Assembly: GCF_963921235.1 (NCBI RefSeq)
Contig: NC_086097.1
Coordinates: 231,138,001 to 231,202,000 of the forward strand
Source: Mobula hypostoma
Taxonomy: Eukaryota
DNA: 64,000 nt
Reading direction: 5' to 3'
In this document: in pieces, positions 24,501-37,804 of the stretch
Numbering within the stretch: position 1 is the first letter of the stretch
How the letters are laid out: the number at the start of each line of letters is the position of its first letter
Notes under the pieces: generated by a model
Told to the model about the DNA's origin: nothing
Database searches by the model: none
The model's input: the letters and a program-made list of their open reading frames with translations, nothing else
Made by a program: the position numbers and the translations under genes

Positions 24501-27186
24501 ACATTCGTCTTCTAAGGTGGAAATTTTTTGAAGCCGGCTTTTATGTAGGTGAGAACTGAACCATATGGTGTTATTTCGTAAGAAACCCTTGATGGAGGCC
24601 CAAACCACTGTCACATCCAAGACACTATTTTTATTTAAATTTATAAATTCTGTCAGTTTTGTTCTCAGTTGTGATAGAAATTCGTCGTTTTTTAGAAGGG
24701 TGGAGTTAAACTTCCACCTCGTAGCCTTATTTTTAATTTTGCCATAATTAAAAGTAGATATGACTGGGTTGTGATCAGATAGATGTCTGGGCAAAAATTT
24801 TATTGAGTGTACTAAAGGCAGCAGACCGGAGGATATAAGAATGTAATCTATCTGAGAGAAAGTTTTATGTCTTGTGGAGAAGAAGGTATAGTCTTTAGCA
24901 GATGGATTATGCACCCTCCACACATCCGTTAAGTTTAAATCCGTTAGAAAAAGGTTAAGTGCTTCGGAAGCAGATTCTTGAGAGCTTGATATAGTTGAGG
25001 AAGATTTATCGAGGTTAATATTTACCAAAGCATTCATGTCCCAACCAACATATGGTTGGTAGTCACTTAACTTCAGTAATTGTGAGGTAATTGAGGGAAA
25101 AACATTCAACCTCGAATATAGTTGGGGCATATAGGCTAATGAATGCCACTTTTTTACCCTGAATGGATGTGCAGAAAAAAGCTAGACGTCCTTTACTATC
25201 GGCGCCCATCCTTTCAATTGATACATTAATATTACGTCTCATTACTATCATAACTCCTTTTGTACGAGTACCATCAGCTGATGCCACAACGGGTTTATAA
25301 AAACGGTTTTGAACCCTGGGAATGTCATTAGGTTTAAGATGTGTATCCTGTAACAGCGCAATATCTATTTTCTTTCTACGTAAGAAATCTAAAACCTTTG
25401 AACGCTTGTAGGGAGAGCTTAAACCTCTAACATTAAATGATACAATAGTAAGATTTTGTAATTTATCTGTGTTGCTCATCTTCCCCTGGATCTGTTGTTG
25501 TAAGTTGGTAGTGGAGCCCTGAGTTACCCCCTTCCCACTCCACCTCCCATCCAACCCTTACTTTGTAACATCTGTGAGTGTCACTTAGCAATGTCAGACA
25601 CTGAACACTGACATCAACTGCCCCCCTTCCAGCACCAACAAATTAGAAAGACAAAGCAGTTCTCATAGACAATCATATCAAAGAGACAAGAAAAAAGAAA
25701 CCTGGGCAAACCCGTTAACCTATATAAGTAAAACCGTTTCCGTCTCACATATACCACATGATCAAGATCCCAACAGCTATCTTGCAAGTAACTGTCGCTT
25801 CAATAGACAGTCGCTTTGTGATGGCACTAATGACGTCTTATCTGGTGCCCAAAAATGTAAACAAATCTACTGGAGACATAACTTTCTAAAGTTAGTCAGA
25901 ACAAACTGCTGGTTCACAGTTTCATTCCTGATGAAGTATTACATTTGGATATATTGAATATTACCTTAAAACTCTGACCTGCAATACTCAGAAACAATTG
26001 CCCCCTTAATTAATTAAATACAAAGGTGCAACGAATGACTTTCCGATAAAAGAATAACCAGAAAACTTCACACTTAGAATGTTAACTTGCCCGTGCCTGA
26101 TAGATTGCACATACAGGCAAGTTCGAGCTCTTAATGCAGTTCCATCTCCTCCCGAGGGGCGTGTGGACTTTGCCCAGGGTCTTCTTCCATATCTCCCAGC
26201 GCCGATAATTTCAGAACTTCTCTCACTTCCTCTGCTGAGTTAAATGACATCTTCATGCCCTTAATATTCACTTTCAAGATCGCTGGATATATGAGGAATG
26301 AGTCAATCCCCTTCTGTCGAAGTTTAGCACGGATCTCCTTGTATCTCTGCCATTCCTGCATCGTGCCGGGGCTGTAGTCGGCGAAGAACTGCAGCTGGGT
26401 GCCGTCAGGGAGAGTAGGTTTGACTTTCCTCGCGCCCTCCAGGATAGCCTGCCGGTCGGAGTATCGTAGAACCTTAAAAATCATGGTCCGTGGTCTTGAG
26501 ATGTTATTGGAAGAGATCCTATGTGCTCTATCTATCTCCAAAGGAGTGCTGTGGGAATTCTTGAGCTCTGGAATCCAATTAGGCAGCACCTCCTGGAGGT
26601 AACCTCTTGGATCGTCGGCCTCAGTGCCCGTCGGTAACTTGACCAGCCGCACGTTGTTTCTCTGGATCTGTCCTCCAAGTCATTTAACTTCTTCCATATC
26701 TTAGTCACCTCCGCGAGACAGGAGTTAGTAACTTCCTCATTCTTGCGTAAGCAAACCTGAATGTTGTCTATTTTATTGAAAATTGTGCTAAATTTTTTAG
26801 CGTGAATGTCCGCCTGCTCCTTTAACGACCAGAGATTTTGCCATTCTCTGCCATATGCTTCCGTATGGGGTCGAGAGCCTTTTCCAGCGACTCCTTTAGC
26901 ATATGTGCTACCATTTCTTGCAGCGATTCCATCTCCGTTGCCATTGTTTGTTTAATTAGCATTGCTATTTCTTCGGATGAATCGCTAGCTTGGTGCCGTC
27001 TGCCGGTATCTTGTTTCCTGGTTGAATTTGTATCTTTTTTTGAAGCCATGTCTTTAGTTAGATCTTTCTCCAACTCAACCTTGTATTCAGACCGTCTATG
27101 AGCCCTGAAGAACTTGAAAAAGGAGGGTCGTATGTCAGCGCTCAGTGCCATGCTGCCATCTTGCCTTGTGCCTCACCGGAAGACCC
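21518..27186 (-). mobile_element. Full-length (about 5.67 kb) L1/Tx1-type LINE with frameshifts
   Basis: TSD gccaaagttt at 21508-21517 and 27187-27196; A-rich tail. ORF1 27049-26131 (EIDRAHR, FFADYS...YPA). ORF2 25479-21710: APE EN (SFNVRGL, SQIDY, LSDH), RT (RQGDPLSP, YADD) and CSFC...HVVWDC. Confidence 0.95.
27155..27182 (-). promoter_or_regulatory. Putative L1 internal promoter: ETS (CTTCCGG) and YY1 (CAAGATGGC) motifs
   Basis: The element's 5' end reads GGGTCTTCCGGTGAGGCACAAGGCAAGATGGCAGC. Function is inferred from motifs only. Confidence 0.55.
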
Positions 27187-27557
27187 GCCAAAGTTTAATC
27201 CAATTTACTACCTCATCTTGAATGCCAAGTAGCTGAACCTTCTTGACCAACCTCCCATGTGGGACCTTGTCAAGATGCCTTGCTAAGGTCCATGTGGACA
27301 ACATCCACTGCCATCAACTTTCCTGGTAACTTCCTTGAAAAACTCTCTAAGATTGGTTAGACACAACCTACCATGCACAAAGCCTTGTTAACTATCCAAA
27401 TACTCATATATCCAGTCCCTTAGAATACCTTCCAATAACTTTCCCACCACTGACATCAGGCTCATTGGCCTATAATTTCCTGAATTATTTCTGAGAGCCT
27501 TTCTTAAACAGTGGAATAGCATTAGCTATCCTCCAATTCTTTGGTACCTCACCTGTC

Positions 27558-28148
27558 AAGTCAAGTTTATTGTCATTTATCTATACACATGTATACCGTC
27601 AAGCAAGACTTTGTTTCTCCGAACCAGGGTGTGGAGTACTGTAGTTTATTTAAAACAGAAAATACATAATAACTTATGAAAGTAATGATAAAATCTACAG
27701 ATGGATTACACATAGATTAACAAACTAAAGTACATAAGTTAAATACTGTAAAGTACAGAACAGATTAACCAGTGACACTTTGAATACGATGCAGCAGGGA
27801 GCTCAGAAGTCTAATGGCCTGGGGGAAGAACTGTTTCTCGTCCTGGCCATTCTTGTTTTTATGCATCGGAGTCTCCTGGCTGATGGTAGAAAATCAAAGA
27901 GTCTTTAAGAAACCAACCTGGTACATTATCTGGCCCTGCAGCTTTACCAGGGTCTTCCTCACCAGACTGAATGTTTGCTCCCCTGGGGGGGATGGGTGCT
28001 TTCCTCGCCAGCACTTTGTTCTGCGCATCAAACCAGGAGTAAAAGACGTTCAGCCTGTCGGGGAGCGGGGCACCCTGGTCACCGATGCTCAGGATAGAAT
28101 TGCCTGCCACATGCACCTAGTTCCCTTGGTATCGCAGCAGCAACTGTA
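27558..28148 (-). mobile_element. Rex1/Babar-like internally deleted fragment inside the CR1
   Basis: LPDRLNVFYSWFD...KAAGPDNVPG joined to a 3' UTR with (gactt)n tail; tgtc at both junctions. Confidence 0.7.
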
Positions 28149-30999
28149 TGTCACTAAGGATGATTTAAATATCTCCGCTAGGGCCCCTGCAGTTTTTGCA
28201 TTTGCCTCCCGCAGGGTTCAAGGGATTTGGCCCTGTTAGGCCTTCGGATTTATAGACCCTAATTTGCCTCAAGATAGCAAACACCTCCTCCTCTTCTGTA
28301 ATTTGTACAGGGTTCATGACGTCACTGCTGCTTTGCCTCACTTCTGTCGACTCTGTGTCTATCTCCCGAATAAAGGAGTAAAGACAGCTGAAAAAAAATC
28401 CATTTAAGATCTCTTTTGGCTTCAGCATAGATTACCATTCTGATCTTCCAGAGAACCAATTTTGTCCCTTGCTATCCTTTTCCTCTTAACATATATGGAT
28501 CCCTTGTCTGCTAGGGCAATCTCATGCCTTCTTTTAGCTCTCCTGATTTCTTCCTTAAGTAGTCCCTTGCATTTCTTATACTCTGTAAGTACCTAGTTTG
28601 TTCCTACTTGCCTAAACCTACTACTTTTTCTTAATCAGGGCTTCAATATCTCTTGAAAATCAGGTTCCCTACTCTTGGTATCTTTCAGTTTTATTCTGAC
28701 AGGTACATACAAGGTTTGTACTCTTAAAATTTTGCTTCTGAGGGCCTCCCACTTACCAAGTACATCTTTTCCACGAAGCAGCCTGTCCCAATCCACACCT
28801 TGCAGATGCTCTCTGATACCATCAAAATTGGCCTTTCTCCAATCTATAATCTCAGCCTGAAGGCCAGACATATCTTTTTTCCATATTTACTTTGAAACTA
28901 ATAGCACCATAATCAAACTTCTGTCACCTGCCCTAACTTCCAAACAGCAGATCAAGTATCACACACTCTCTCGTTGGCACTTCCATGTATTGATTAAGGA
29001 AACTTTCCTGAACACATTTGACAAACTCTATCCCAAGTTGTCCTTTTACAGTATGGGAATCCCAGTTAACATGTGGAAAGTTACAATCAGCTACTATAAC
29101 AACATTATGTTTCTTGCAACATTTTGTGATCTCTCTACAAATTTGTTCCTCTAAATCCCATGGAATGTTGGGCGGTCTATAATATAATCCCATTAATATG
29201 GTCATACCTTTCTTATTCCTCAGTTCTATCCATTAATCCCCACTAGACGAGTTCTCCAGTCTGTCCTGACAGAGCAGTGCCGTGACATTTTCCCCGACTA
29301 GTAACACCACCCATCCCCCTTCAATCCGTCCCTCGCTGCCTCATCTAAAACAGTGGAACCTCGAAATATTGACTGATTGCCAGTCCTGCTCCTCCTGCAA
29401 ACAAGTCTCACTAATGGCTACATCATCATAATTCCAGGTGTTTATTTGCCTTTCATCTGAGCTCATCCGCCTTTCCTACAATGCTTCTTGCATTGAAATA
29501 TGCGCAGCTCAGAACATTGGTCACACTGCTCAAACTTTTGATTCCTGACTTTGTCTGAGGGCTAAACATCTGCCTCCACAAACTCTCCACTAACTGTCCT
29601 GGCACTCTGGTTCCCATCCTCCTGCAACTCTATTTTAAACCCCACCATGCAGCATTTACAAACCTTCCCACTAGGATATTTGTCCCCTTGCAGTTCAGGT
29701 GCAAATTGTCCCTTCTGTACAGGTCCCACTTTCCCTGGAAGAGAGTCCAATGATCCAAAAATCTTACGTCCTCCCTCCTGCACCAACTCCTTAGCCATGT
29801 GTTAAGCTGTATAATCTTCCTAGTTCTGAAACTCACTAGCTTGTGGCATGGATAGCAATCCTGAGTTCACAACTTTGTAAGTCCTGCCCTTTAACTTAGC
29901 ACTGAACTCCCAATGCAGAACCGCATCACTCTTTCTCCCTATGTCATTGGTACCTACAAGGTCCACGACCTCTGGCTGCTCGCCCCCTGATTTAAGAATG
30001 CTGAGAACTTAATCTGAGATGTCCTGGGCCATGGCACCCAAGAGGCAACATACCATCAGGGAATCTCGTTCTCATCCACAGAGCCTCCTTTCTGTTCCAA
30101 TTGACAAATCCCCTTTCGCCACAGCTCGCCTCTTCTTCCCCCTTCCCTTCTGAGTCATAGAACCAGACTCAGTGCAAAGACCTGACCGCTGTGACTTTCC
30201 AACGCTAGGTACGCAGCCCCAATGGTATCCAAAGTGGTATGCCCGTTGTTGAGAGGGATGGCCACAGGGATACTCTGCACTGGCTATTTGACCCTTTTCC
30301 CCTCTCCTGACTGTCACTCAGTTTCCTGTGTCCTGCACCTTGGGTGTAACTACCTCTCTATGTATCCTATCTTTAAACCCCTCAGCCTCCTGAATGATCC
30401 AGAGTTCATCCAGTTCCGGCTCCAACTCCTTAACACGGATTGTTAGAAGCTGCAGGTGAAATCGTCAGGGACAATGGAGGTCTCCCTGCTTTCCTAAATC
30501 CTGCAAAAGGAGCATTCAATTATCTTGCCTGGCATTCTTATTGTTCTAACTTTGCAAATATAAAGGAAGAAAACAATAAATAATCTGGGGGGTGGGGGAG
30601 AAAAAAACTACCCATAGCTTGTTCGCTTTCTCTCACTCAAGCCTCTCCTTGCTGAAGCCTCGAAGAACTAAGGCCTCAAAGTCCCCACTCTAACACTATC
30701 CACTCCAAAAAAGGCCACCCCACCTCCCCCACCTTATTTTAATTTGTTCTTGACAGCCAATCTTGATTACTGATTGGCCACTTCTCAAAACACCAAACTG
30801 CTGCCAATCGATGCCTTATGTACTCAACTGGCAAACCTGAGTGAGCTACACCTTCTCACATTTCAGATCGCTGATTGGCCACTGCTCAATTTAGTGCCAG
30901 AATAACTTGCAGAATGCAAAATCTTGATTGCTCTCATTAGACTTTTCAAGAGCCTCTTTCAAGATAGAATGCTTCAAATATTTTCCTTTATAAAACATA

Positions 31000-32210
31000 G
31001 GGGACAGAAGAGCTTCATTTCCAGATCAGCTCAATGGCTTATCTTCTTGCTTTGATCACCAGAATAGGGAGGAACCATCACACTCCCCCACATCTCCTAA
31101 TGACCCTTTGGTCTCAGTATCTGAAGCTGACGTGTGGGCTGCCTTCAAGAGTAAATCCAAGGAAAGCATTTGGTCCAGATGGAGTACCTGACCAAGTACT
31201 GAAGACCTGTGCCGACCAACTGGCTGGTGTGTTCACGGTTATCTTCAACCTCTCACTCCAGTGGTGTGTGGTACCCTCCTGCTTCAAGAAGACTTCAATC
31301 ATACCAGTGTCCAAGAAGAGAGTGGTAACCTGTCCAAAAGGCTATCGCCCAGTGGCACTTGCATCCACAGTGATAAAGTGTTTTAAGAGGTTGGTTTGAA
31401 GCTCATCAGCTCCTGTTTGAGTGGCGACTTGGATCCACTCCAATTTGCCAACTGAAGCAGCAGGTCTACAGCAGATGCTATCTTGTTGGCTCTTCACACA
31501 ACACTGGCACATCTAGACAGCGAGGATGCATCCATCAGAATGCTCTTTATTGATTCCAGCTTGGCATTTTACACCATCACCCCCTCTAAACTAATCAGTG
31601 AATTCCAAGACCTGGGCCTCAATAACCCCTTTGTGCAATTGGATCCTGGATTTTCTCACTTGTAGACCCCAGCCAGATCGGATTGGCAAAAACATCTCCT
31701 CCAAAATCTTCATCAGCAGAGGAGCACCGCAGGGATGCGTGCTTAGCCTCCAGTTCTACCGGCTTTACATCCACGACTGAGTGGCCAAGTTCAGCTCCAA
31801 CGCCATATGCGTTTGCTGATGACATCACTTTTGTGGGCTGTATCAAAAGTGATGATAAATCAGCATACAGGAGAGAGAATGAAAATTTGTCAGAGTGGTG
31901 TAATAACAACAACCTCTCACTCAATGTTAGTAAGACCAAGGAATTGATAGTAGGCTTCAGGAGAGGGAAACCAGAGGTGCAGGAGCCAGTAATCATTGAA
32001 GGATCAGAGGGGCAGATGGTCAGTAACTTAAAATTCCTGGGTGTCACTGTCTCCGAGGACTTGTCCTGGACTCATCATAGAAATATAATTGCAAAGAAAG
32101 TACAACAGCACTTCTACTTCCTCAGGAATCTGCGGAGATTCACCATGTGATCAAAAACCTTGGCAAACTTTGATAGTTGTGAGATGGAAAGTGTGCTGAC
32201 TGGCTGCATC
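31000..32210 (+). mobile_element. Rex1/Babar-like LINE RT fragment
   Basis: KAFGPDGVP...CADQLAGVF...[37 protein letters not shown]. Confidence 0.85.
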
Positions 32211-32835
32211 TTTGAACTTGGATTGTATTCTGTTTTAATCCAAGAATTCCTTTATACAACATACCTGAAAAATTATCTTTCTTTGTATACAATTGCTTTG
32301 ATGGAATTTTCTACAGAACAGTAAACTGGGGCATGCAATTTTACTCTTTTTTTTTCTATATTTGGTTCAGCTGTGTTCTTTGTCAGCACTAGACATTAAA
32401 GAGCAGAAAAATATTTCCTTTACCAACCTGGAGAGAGAGCCTGCACACGAATTATGAGATCCAAGGAATTCCAGCTGGAAGGGCTTGGATAACAACGGGC
32501 ACAAATGCACGAGCTGCCTGGCGGGGCTAAGACTGAGGACTCTTTCCGGGCTACTCCCAGAAAGCCTCAGAGGAAAGATTAAAACATTCATACACACGTA
32601 CTGAAGCTGAACACTTCCTTCAAAAGAAGGTGTTGCCCAGGTACGAGCGTAGGCATAAACCACACCTGTTTTTGTAGAATATGTGGAACATGATTTGTTT
32701 CTGTCCCACTCAGACCAAGTCACTCTCTTTGAGTGGAACTGCGGTGTCAATACAAAAAAAAGTTCTTGACCATTTCTGTAATTTGTGGTTAATGACACAC
32801 CTTTGAATAATAACATGCGATGTCTTTTCAGTATT

Positions 32836-33760
32836 GGGGCGGCATGGTAGCATAGTGGTTAGCATAATTCTAATGCAGTACCAGCAACCCGACTTCAGTT
32901 CCACCACTGTCTGGAGGAATTTGTACGTTCTCCCCATGATTAGATTATGAGGACACGCAGTTCTCTTTTATTGTCATTTAGTAATGCATGCATTAAGAAA
33001 TGATACAATTTGTTCCTCCAGAATGATATCACAGAAACACAAGGCAAACCAAGACTAAAATAACTGACAAAAACACATAATTATAACATATAGTTACAAC
33101 AGTGCAAAGCAACACTGTAATTTGATGAAGAACAGACCATGGGCACGGTAAAAAAAAGTCTCAAAGTCTCTCGAAGGTCCCATCATCTCACGCAGACGGT
33201 AGAAGGAAGAAAACTCTCCCTGCCATGAGCTTCCAGCGCCGCAAACTTGCCGATGCAGCACCCTGGAAGCACCGACCACAGTCCGACTCTGAGTCCATCC
33301 GAAAACTTTGAGCCTCCAGCCGGCCCTCCAACATCAAGCACCGGGCACCATCCTCTGCCAAGCGCTTCGACCCCGGCCCCGGCAACAGGCAATAGGCAAA
33401 GCCGAGGATTTAGGGCCTTCCCCTCCGGAGATTCTCGATCGCACAGTAGCAGCGGCAGTGAAGCGGGCATTTCAGAAGTTTGTTCAGATGTTCCTCCGTG
33501 CTTCTCACGTCCGTCTCCATCAGATCAGGATTGTGATATCTATTTAACAAATACGATATCAATTCAGAGCGGCCGCACGCGCTGCATTGCACCGCCATCT
33601 TCTCCTCCCCTCAGAGTGGGTTTCCTGCAGGTGCTCCAGTTTCCTCTCACAGTTCAGAGGGGTACGGGCTAGCAGGTGAATTGGTCACATGGGTGTAACT
33701 GAGTGGTGCGGGCTCGCTAGGCCAGAGGGCCTGTTACCATGTTGCATCTCTAAATAACGT
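32836..33760 (+). mobile_element. V-SINE-like element interrupted by a non-autonomous retroelement (about 32940-33608, minus)
   Basis: Head ggggcggcatggtagcatagtggttagc; SINE resumes gtgggtttcctgcaggtgctccagtttcc at about 33616. The insert starts AAGATGGCGG and ends in a (taatc)n tail; the same 3' end recurs at 39820-39890. Confidence 0.7.
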
Positions 33761-34077
33761 ACGTAAATATGAATGCATGCACTACCGCTACACTCGACTA
33801 AAAACTGAATGCAGCAAGTATACCATACACGTTAAAAATGAGCCCAAAACACTAGCCTCAGGTTTCCTGGTTATGCATCAGAGTGAACTGGAGCCTCCAT
33901 GCAATCTGTGACCAGGGTCTGAGAGCAGCAGAGATATCATTGCTCTTCACTCTCCTTCTGAGGGGATCACTGCAAGTCTCCTACCATCATCTCCTCTTCG
34001 TGGTGTTTCCCCAATGTTAGCAAGAACAACGAAGGAACTTGGCAGTTTCCCAGATACTGTCTCTTCACTGTCACCCA

Positions 34078-35611
34078 CAGTGCAGACAAAAAGCATTCAC
34101 CCCCTTTGGAAATTTTCATGTTTCATTGTTTTACAATGTTGAATCACAGTGGACTTAAGTTGGTTTTTTGACACTGATCAACAGAAAAAAATCTCTATAA
34201 AGTGATGTAAATTAATCACAAATATAAAACACAGAATAATTGATTGCATAAGTATTCACCCTCTCCCCCTTTAATATGACACACCAAATCATCGCTGGTG
34301 GTTTTAGAAGTCACGTAATTAGATAAATGGAGATCACCATGTGCAGTCAAGGTATTTCAATAAATTGTAGTAAAAATACATTTGTATCTGGAAGGTCCAA
34401 CTGCTGCTGAGTCAGTATCCTGGCAAAAACTACACCATGGAGACAAAAGAACACTCTAAGCAACTCTGCGAAAAGGTTATTGAAAAGCACAAGTCAGAAG
34501 ATGGATATAAGAAAATTTCTAGTCACGGAATACAATTAAGTCAATCATCAAGAAATGGAAAAAACATGGCATAGTTGTAAATCTGTCTACAGCAGGCCAT
34601 CCTCAAAAACTGACCATGCAAGAAGGGGACGAGTGAGGGAGGCCACCAAGAGACCTGTAACACCTCTGGAGGAGTTACAAGCTTTAGTGGCTGAGATAGG
34701 AGAGACTGCACATACCACAACTGTTGCCCGGGTGCTTCACCAGTCACAGCTTTGTGGGAGAGTGGCAAAGAGAAAGCCACTGTTGCTAGAGTTGGTCAGA
34801 AAGCATGTGGGATACTCTGAAGTCAGCTGAAAGAAGGTTCTATGGTCTGATGAAGTACAAAAAATAGAGCTTTTTGGCCAACAGACTAAATGTTATGTTT
34901 GGTGCAAGCCAAATACTGCAATGGTGACTGCATTATGCTGTGGGGAAGCTTCATTGCAGCAGGCTCTGGAAGGCTTGTGAAGGTCGAGGGTAAAATGAAT
35001 GCAGCAAAATACAGGGAAATCCTGGAAGAAAACCGATTGCAGTCTGCAAGAGAACTGCGACTTGGGAGAAGGTTTGTTTTCTAGCAAGACAATGGCGCCA
35101 AGCATAAAGCCAAAGCTACATAGGAACGACTTAAAAACAACAAAGTTAATGTCCTGGAGTGACCAAGTCAGAGTCCAGACCTCAATCCAATTGAGGATTT
35201 GTGGCTGGACTTGAAAAGGGTTGTTCACTCACAACCCCAATGCAATCTGACAGCTTGAGCAATTTTGAAAAGAATAATGGGGAAAAAAATTACAGTGCCT
35301 AGATGTGCAAAGCTGATAGAGGGCCATTCACACAGACTTAAGGCTGTAATTGCTGCCAAAGGTGCATTTACTAAATACTGACTTGAAGGGGGTAAAAACT
35401 TATGCAATCAATTATTTTGTGCTTTATGTTTGTAAATAATTTAGATCACTTTGTAGAGATCTGTTTTCATTTTGACACGGAAGTCTTTTTATTCTGTTGA
35501 TCAGTTTCAAAATAAAAGTCAACTTAAATCTACTGTGATTCATTGTTGTAAAACAATAAAACATGAAGACTTCCAAGGGGGGGGGGTGGTGAATACTTTT
35601 TATAGGCACTG
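34078..35611 (+). mobile_element. Tc1-like DNA transposon (long TIRs), defective transposase
   Basis: Ends cagtgc...attcacccc and ggtgaatac...gcactg|ta; long TIRs with an internal repeat of the attcacc motif. Transposase remnants about 34437-35380 include WSDE, QDN, SPDLNPIE and ...TKY stop, with stops and frameshifts. Confidence 0.9.
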
Positions 35612-36351
35612 TACAAGCAACAGTTGGGCCGGGGTGAACCAGCCAAATTCCCTGCAATACGAGGGGATCAATAGATCTGAACTTGACTAGAAACAGCAAC
35701 ACTTGCTTGTCCAAGTGCCCCTATATTTTGCTTTTGTTAGCTACTCTTCACTTGGGGATTGGGGTGGTAATCTCAATTCATTCCTTGCTCTAGTTAGCAC
35801 GAAACTGAGACAACTGCTATCATTTCTCCAGTTCAGAAAGACCACCACAGATTAATGTCTGAAATAGAAATACAACTTAATGTAGTTGTACACAAAGTAG
35901 AGATGATGGCAGTGACTTCTTTGTCCACCACCATTATCCAACAGAGAGATCCATCCAGGAAACTGCAAGATGCCAGTCCTACAAATGTTTGACAAACAGA
36001 ATCAGAAGTTACAAGCAGCTCTTCTTTCTCTCTGGAAAATGCCATGTCTCCCTCTTATGTATTTGATATTACAACCATACTCAAAATGGAAAATATGTTC
36101 TGATTAGCAAGTCATATGAGGGAATAAGTTGCAAACACAGCATGGCTTCATCGCAGAAAAATAATGGCTTTAATGATAATTATACAGAAGCACAAGTACA
36201 ATCAGCAATATTAAATGATTTTGAAACTAAAGGTGAATTATTATTCATAGTTCAGGAACATAAAAAACCTCTCAAATTAATTCCTTTAAAGGTTGCTCTA
36301 TTATTAAGTGTTTCTCATTTCCTTATCTTCATCATGTTTCCTTTCGTGTGC

Positions 36352-36867
36352 ATTATTATTGTTGTAGTTTTATTTTTTCTCAGCTCAAGCTGGCAAAATC
36401 TGAGCAGCATAGACAAGTACATTCCTTTCTCAGCTGCTTGGAACTATTAAGCTATTCTGGCGGTGTTTAGTATTGTGTCTTTCTGGAGATTTACATAAAT
36501 ATTGCTGCATAGGCCTAATCACTTAATGCTATTGTGCAGTGACTTTGGGATGATACCAGTTGTAGATATTACTATTGGGACAATGGATACCCTGTTCATG
36601 TTCCATAGTCTTTCAATTTCCTCTTTTAATTCAGCATATTTCTGATGTTTTTCACTTACTGATTTCTGTATGTTATGTGTGTTTTTGAAACGTCTATATC
36701 TATTTAGTAAGTTGTTCTTGCTTGTTTATCCTGTAATATTATACCCGGACGGTTATTACAGATTGTCCTATCTGTAATAATGTATCGGTTGTAATATAAT
36801 TTGTAGAGCTCTGACTCAAAAACTGGATCAAGCTTGTATTTATCATTACATTACTATTATTATTATT
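36352..36867 (-). mobile_element. R4/Dong-like non-LTR fragment (restriction-like endonuclease) in a (TAA)n tract
   Basis: Minus strand reads KLYYNRYIITDRTICNNRPGIILQDK...IDI...EKHQKYAELKEEIERLWNM...VPIVISTTGIIPK; taa repeats on both sides. Confidence 0.75.
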
Positions 36868-37804
36868 TAATACCCATCAAAATCCTTTTAAAATTGATTC
36901 TCCCTATTTGCATTAGTAACTTTGGAAAAGAGCCAGAGAATCATTGGGACTCTGTTACTCGCCACCATCCCATTGCTTTCCTGCTCTGTAATTAATTATG
37001 GCAAAAAATAAGGATCAACTCTTGCCTCACCACCACTTTTTCACTTGCCCACTAAAGAATATACCGTAGGATACTTTCTCCCCCTATAATTATGACAGCA
37101 TTTCCACACTTTTCTCTTATTCACAAAGCTTTCGTTTGTTTTTTTTTTGTTTTCTGTCCTACGCCATTAATCTTCTTTACCACTGATTTCTTTCCGAAGC
37201 TGCTCAGTACTGAGTTTCCCAAGAACAGTTTTGTGTTTAACAACTGTGATAATTTCACAGAGGAATTTGGAATATTTTCTACAAGTTAAATATATGAGAC
37301 CATAATACACAGGAACAGAATTAGGCCATTTGGCCCATATATAAGGCAGCTGCACGTGCTACTCTGGTCACCACTTGAGGTATCTCTCACTTCAGTAATC
37401 AAGCAGAACTGCACTGCACTTTTGCTTTGGCTTCTAGACTTTCTGACCTGTTGGTTGATTATAATTATCTGCTCACGCACAGGCCTCTTCCGACTTTAAA
37501 AGCCACCATTTTCTTTCATTAAATTCCTAGTCTCTCTGATCCTCATATTTCTAATCACTTAGGGCATGTGAAAATGAGCAAAACTGCATGTATATAGCAC
37601 TTCTCACAATTTCGCAAAAAGGCTCTAGGAAATACAGGAACGTGGATTGAAAGAAATGTTGGAGCCAATAGAAATGGCAGTGCAGTCATTACAAGAGACA
37701 AGGAGGCTTGAGTAGTTGTGCTGCATGTGTCAATATACACTGGTGAAGTTGAAATTTGAAATTGAATGCTGTCTTATATTATTCTCTACTTAATGGTTCC
37801 CTAC

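Larger units (their letters stand above)
21302..30800 (-). mobile_element. Large degenerate CR1 (ORF1 esterase, EN, part of RT), interrupted by L1 and Rex1
   Basis: RT SGVPQSSVPGP...FINDLD...SKFVDDTK (21302-21517); EN GLYYRPP...DCNFPHVNW...ILDLLF (28933-29205); SGNH-esterase-like LNTWLRSWCRRE...DLYRRDNLHLN (29630-29836). The 5' edge is approximate. Confidence 0.85.

Noticed and set aside
21710..25554. Active L1 ORF2
   Set aside because: It is split into several ORFs by frameshifts and stops; assembly indels cannot be excluded.
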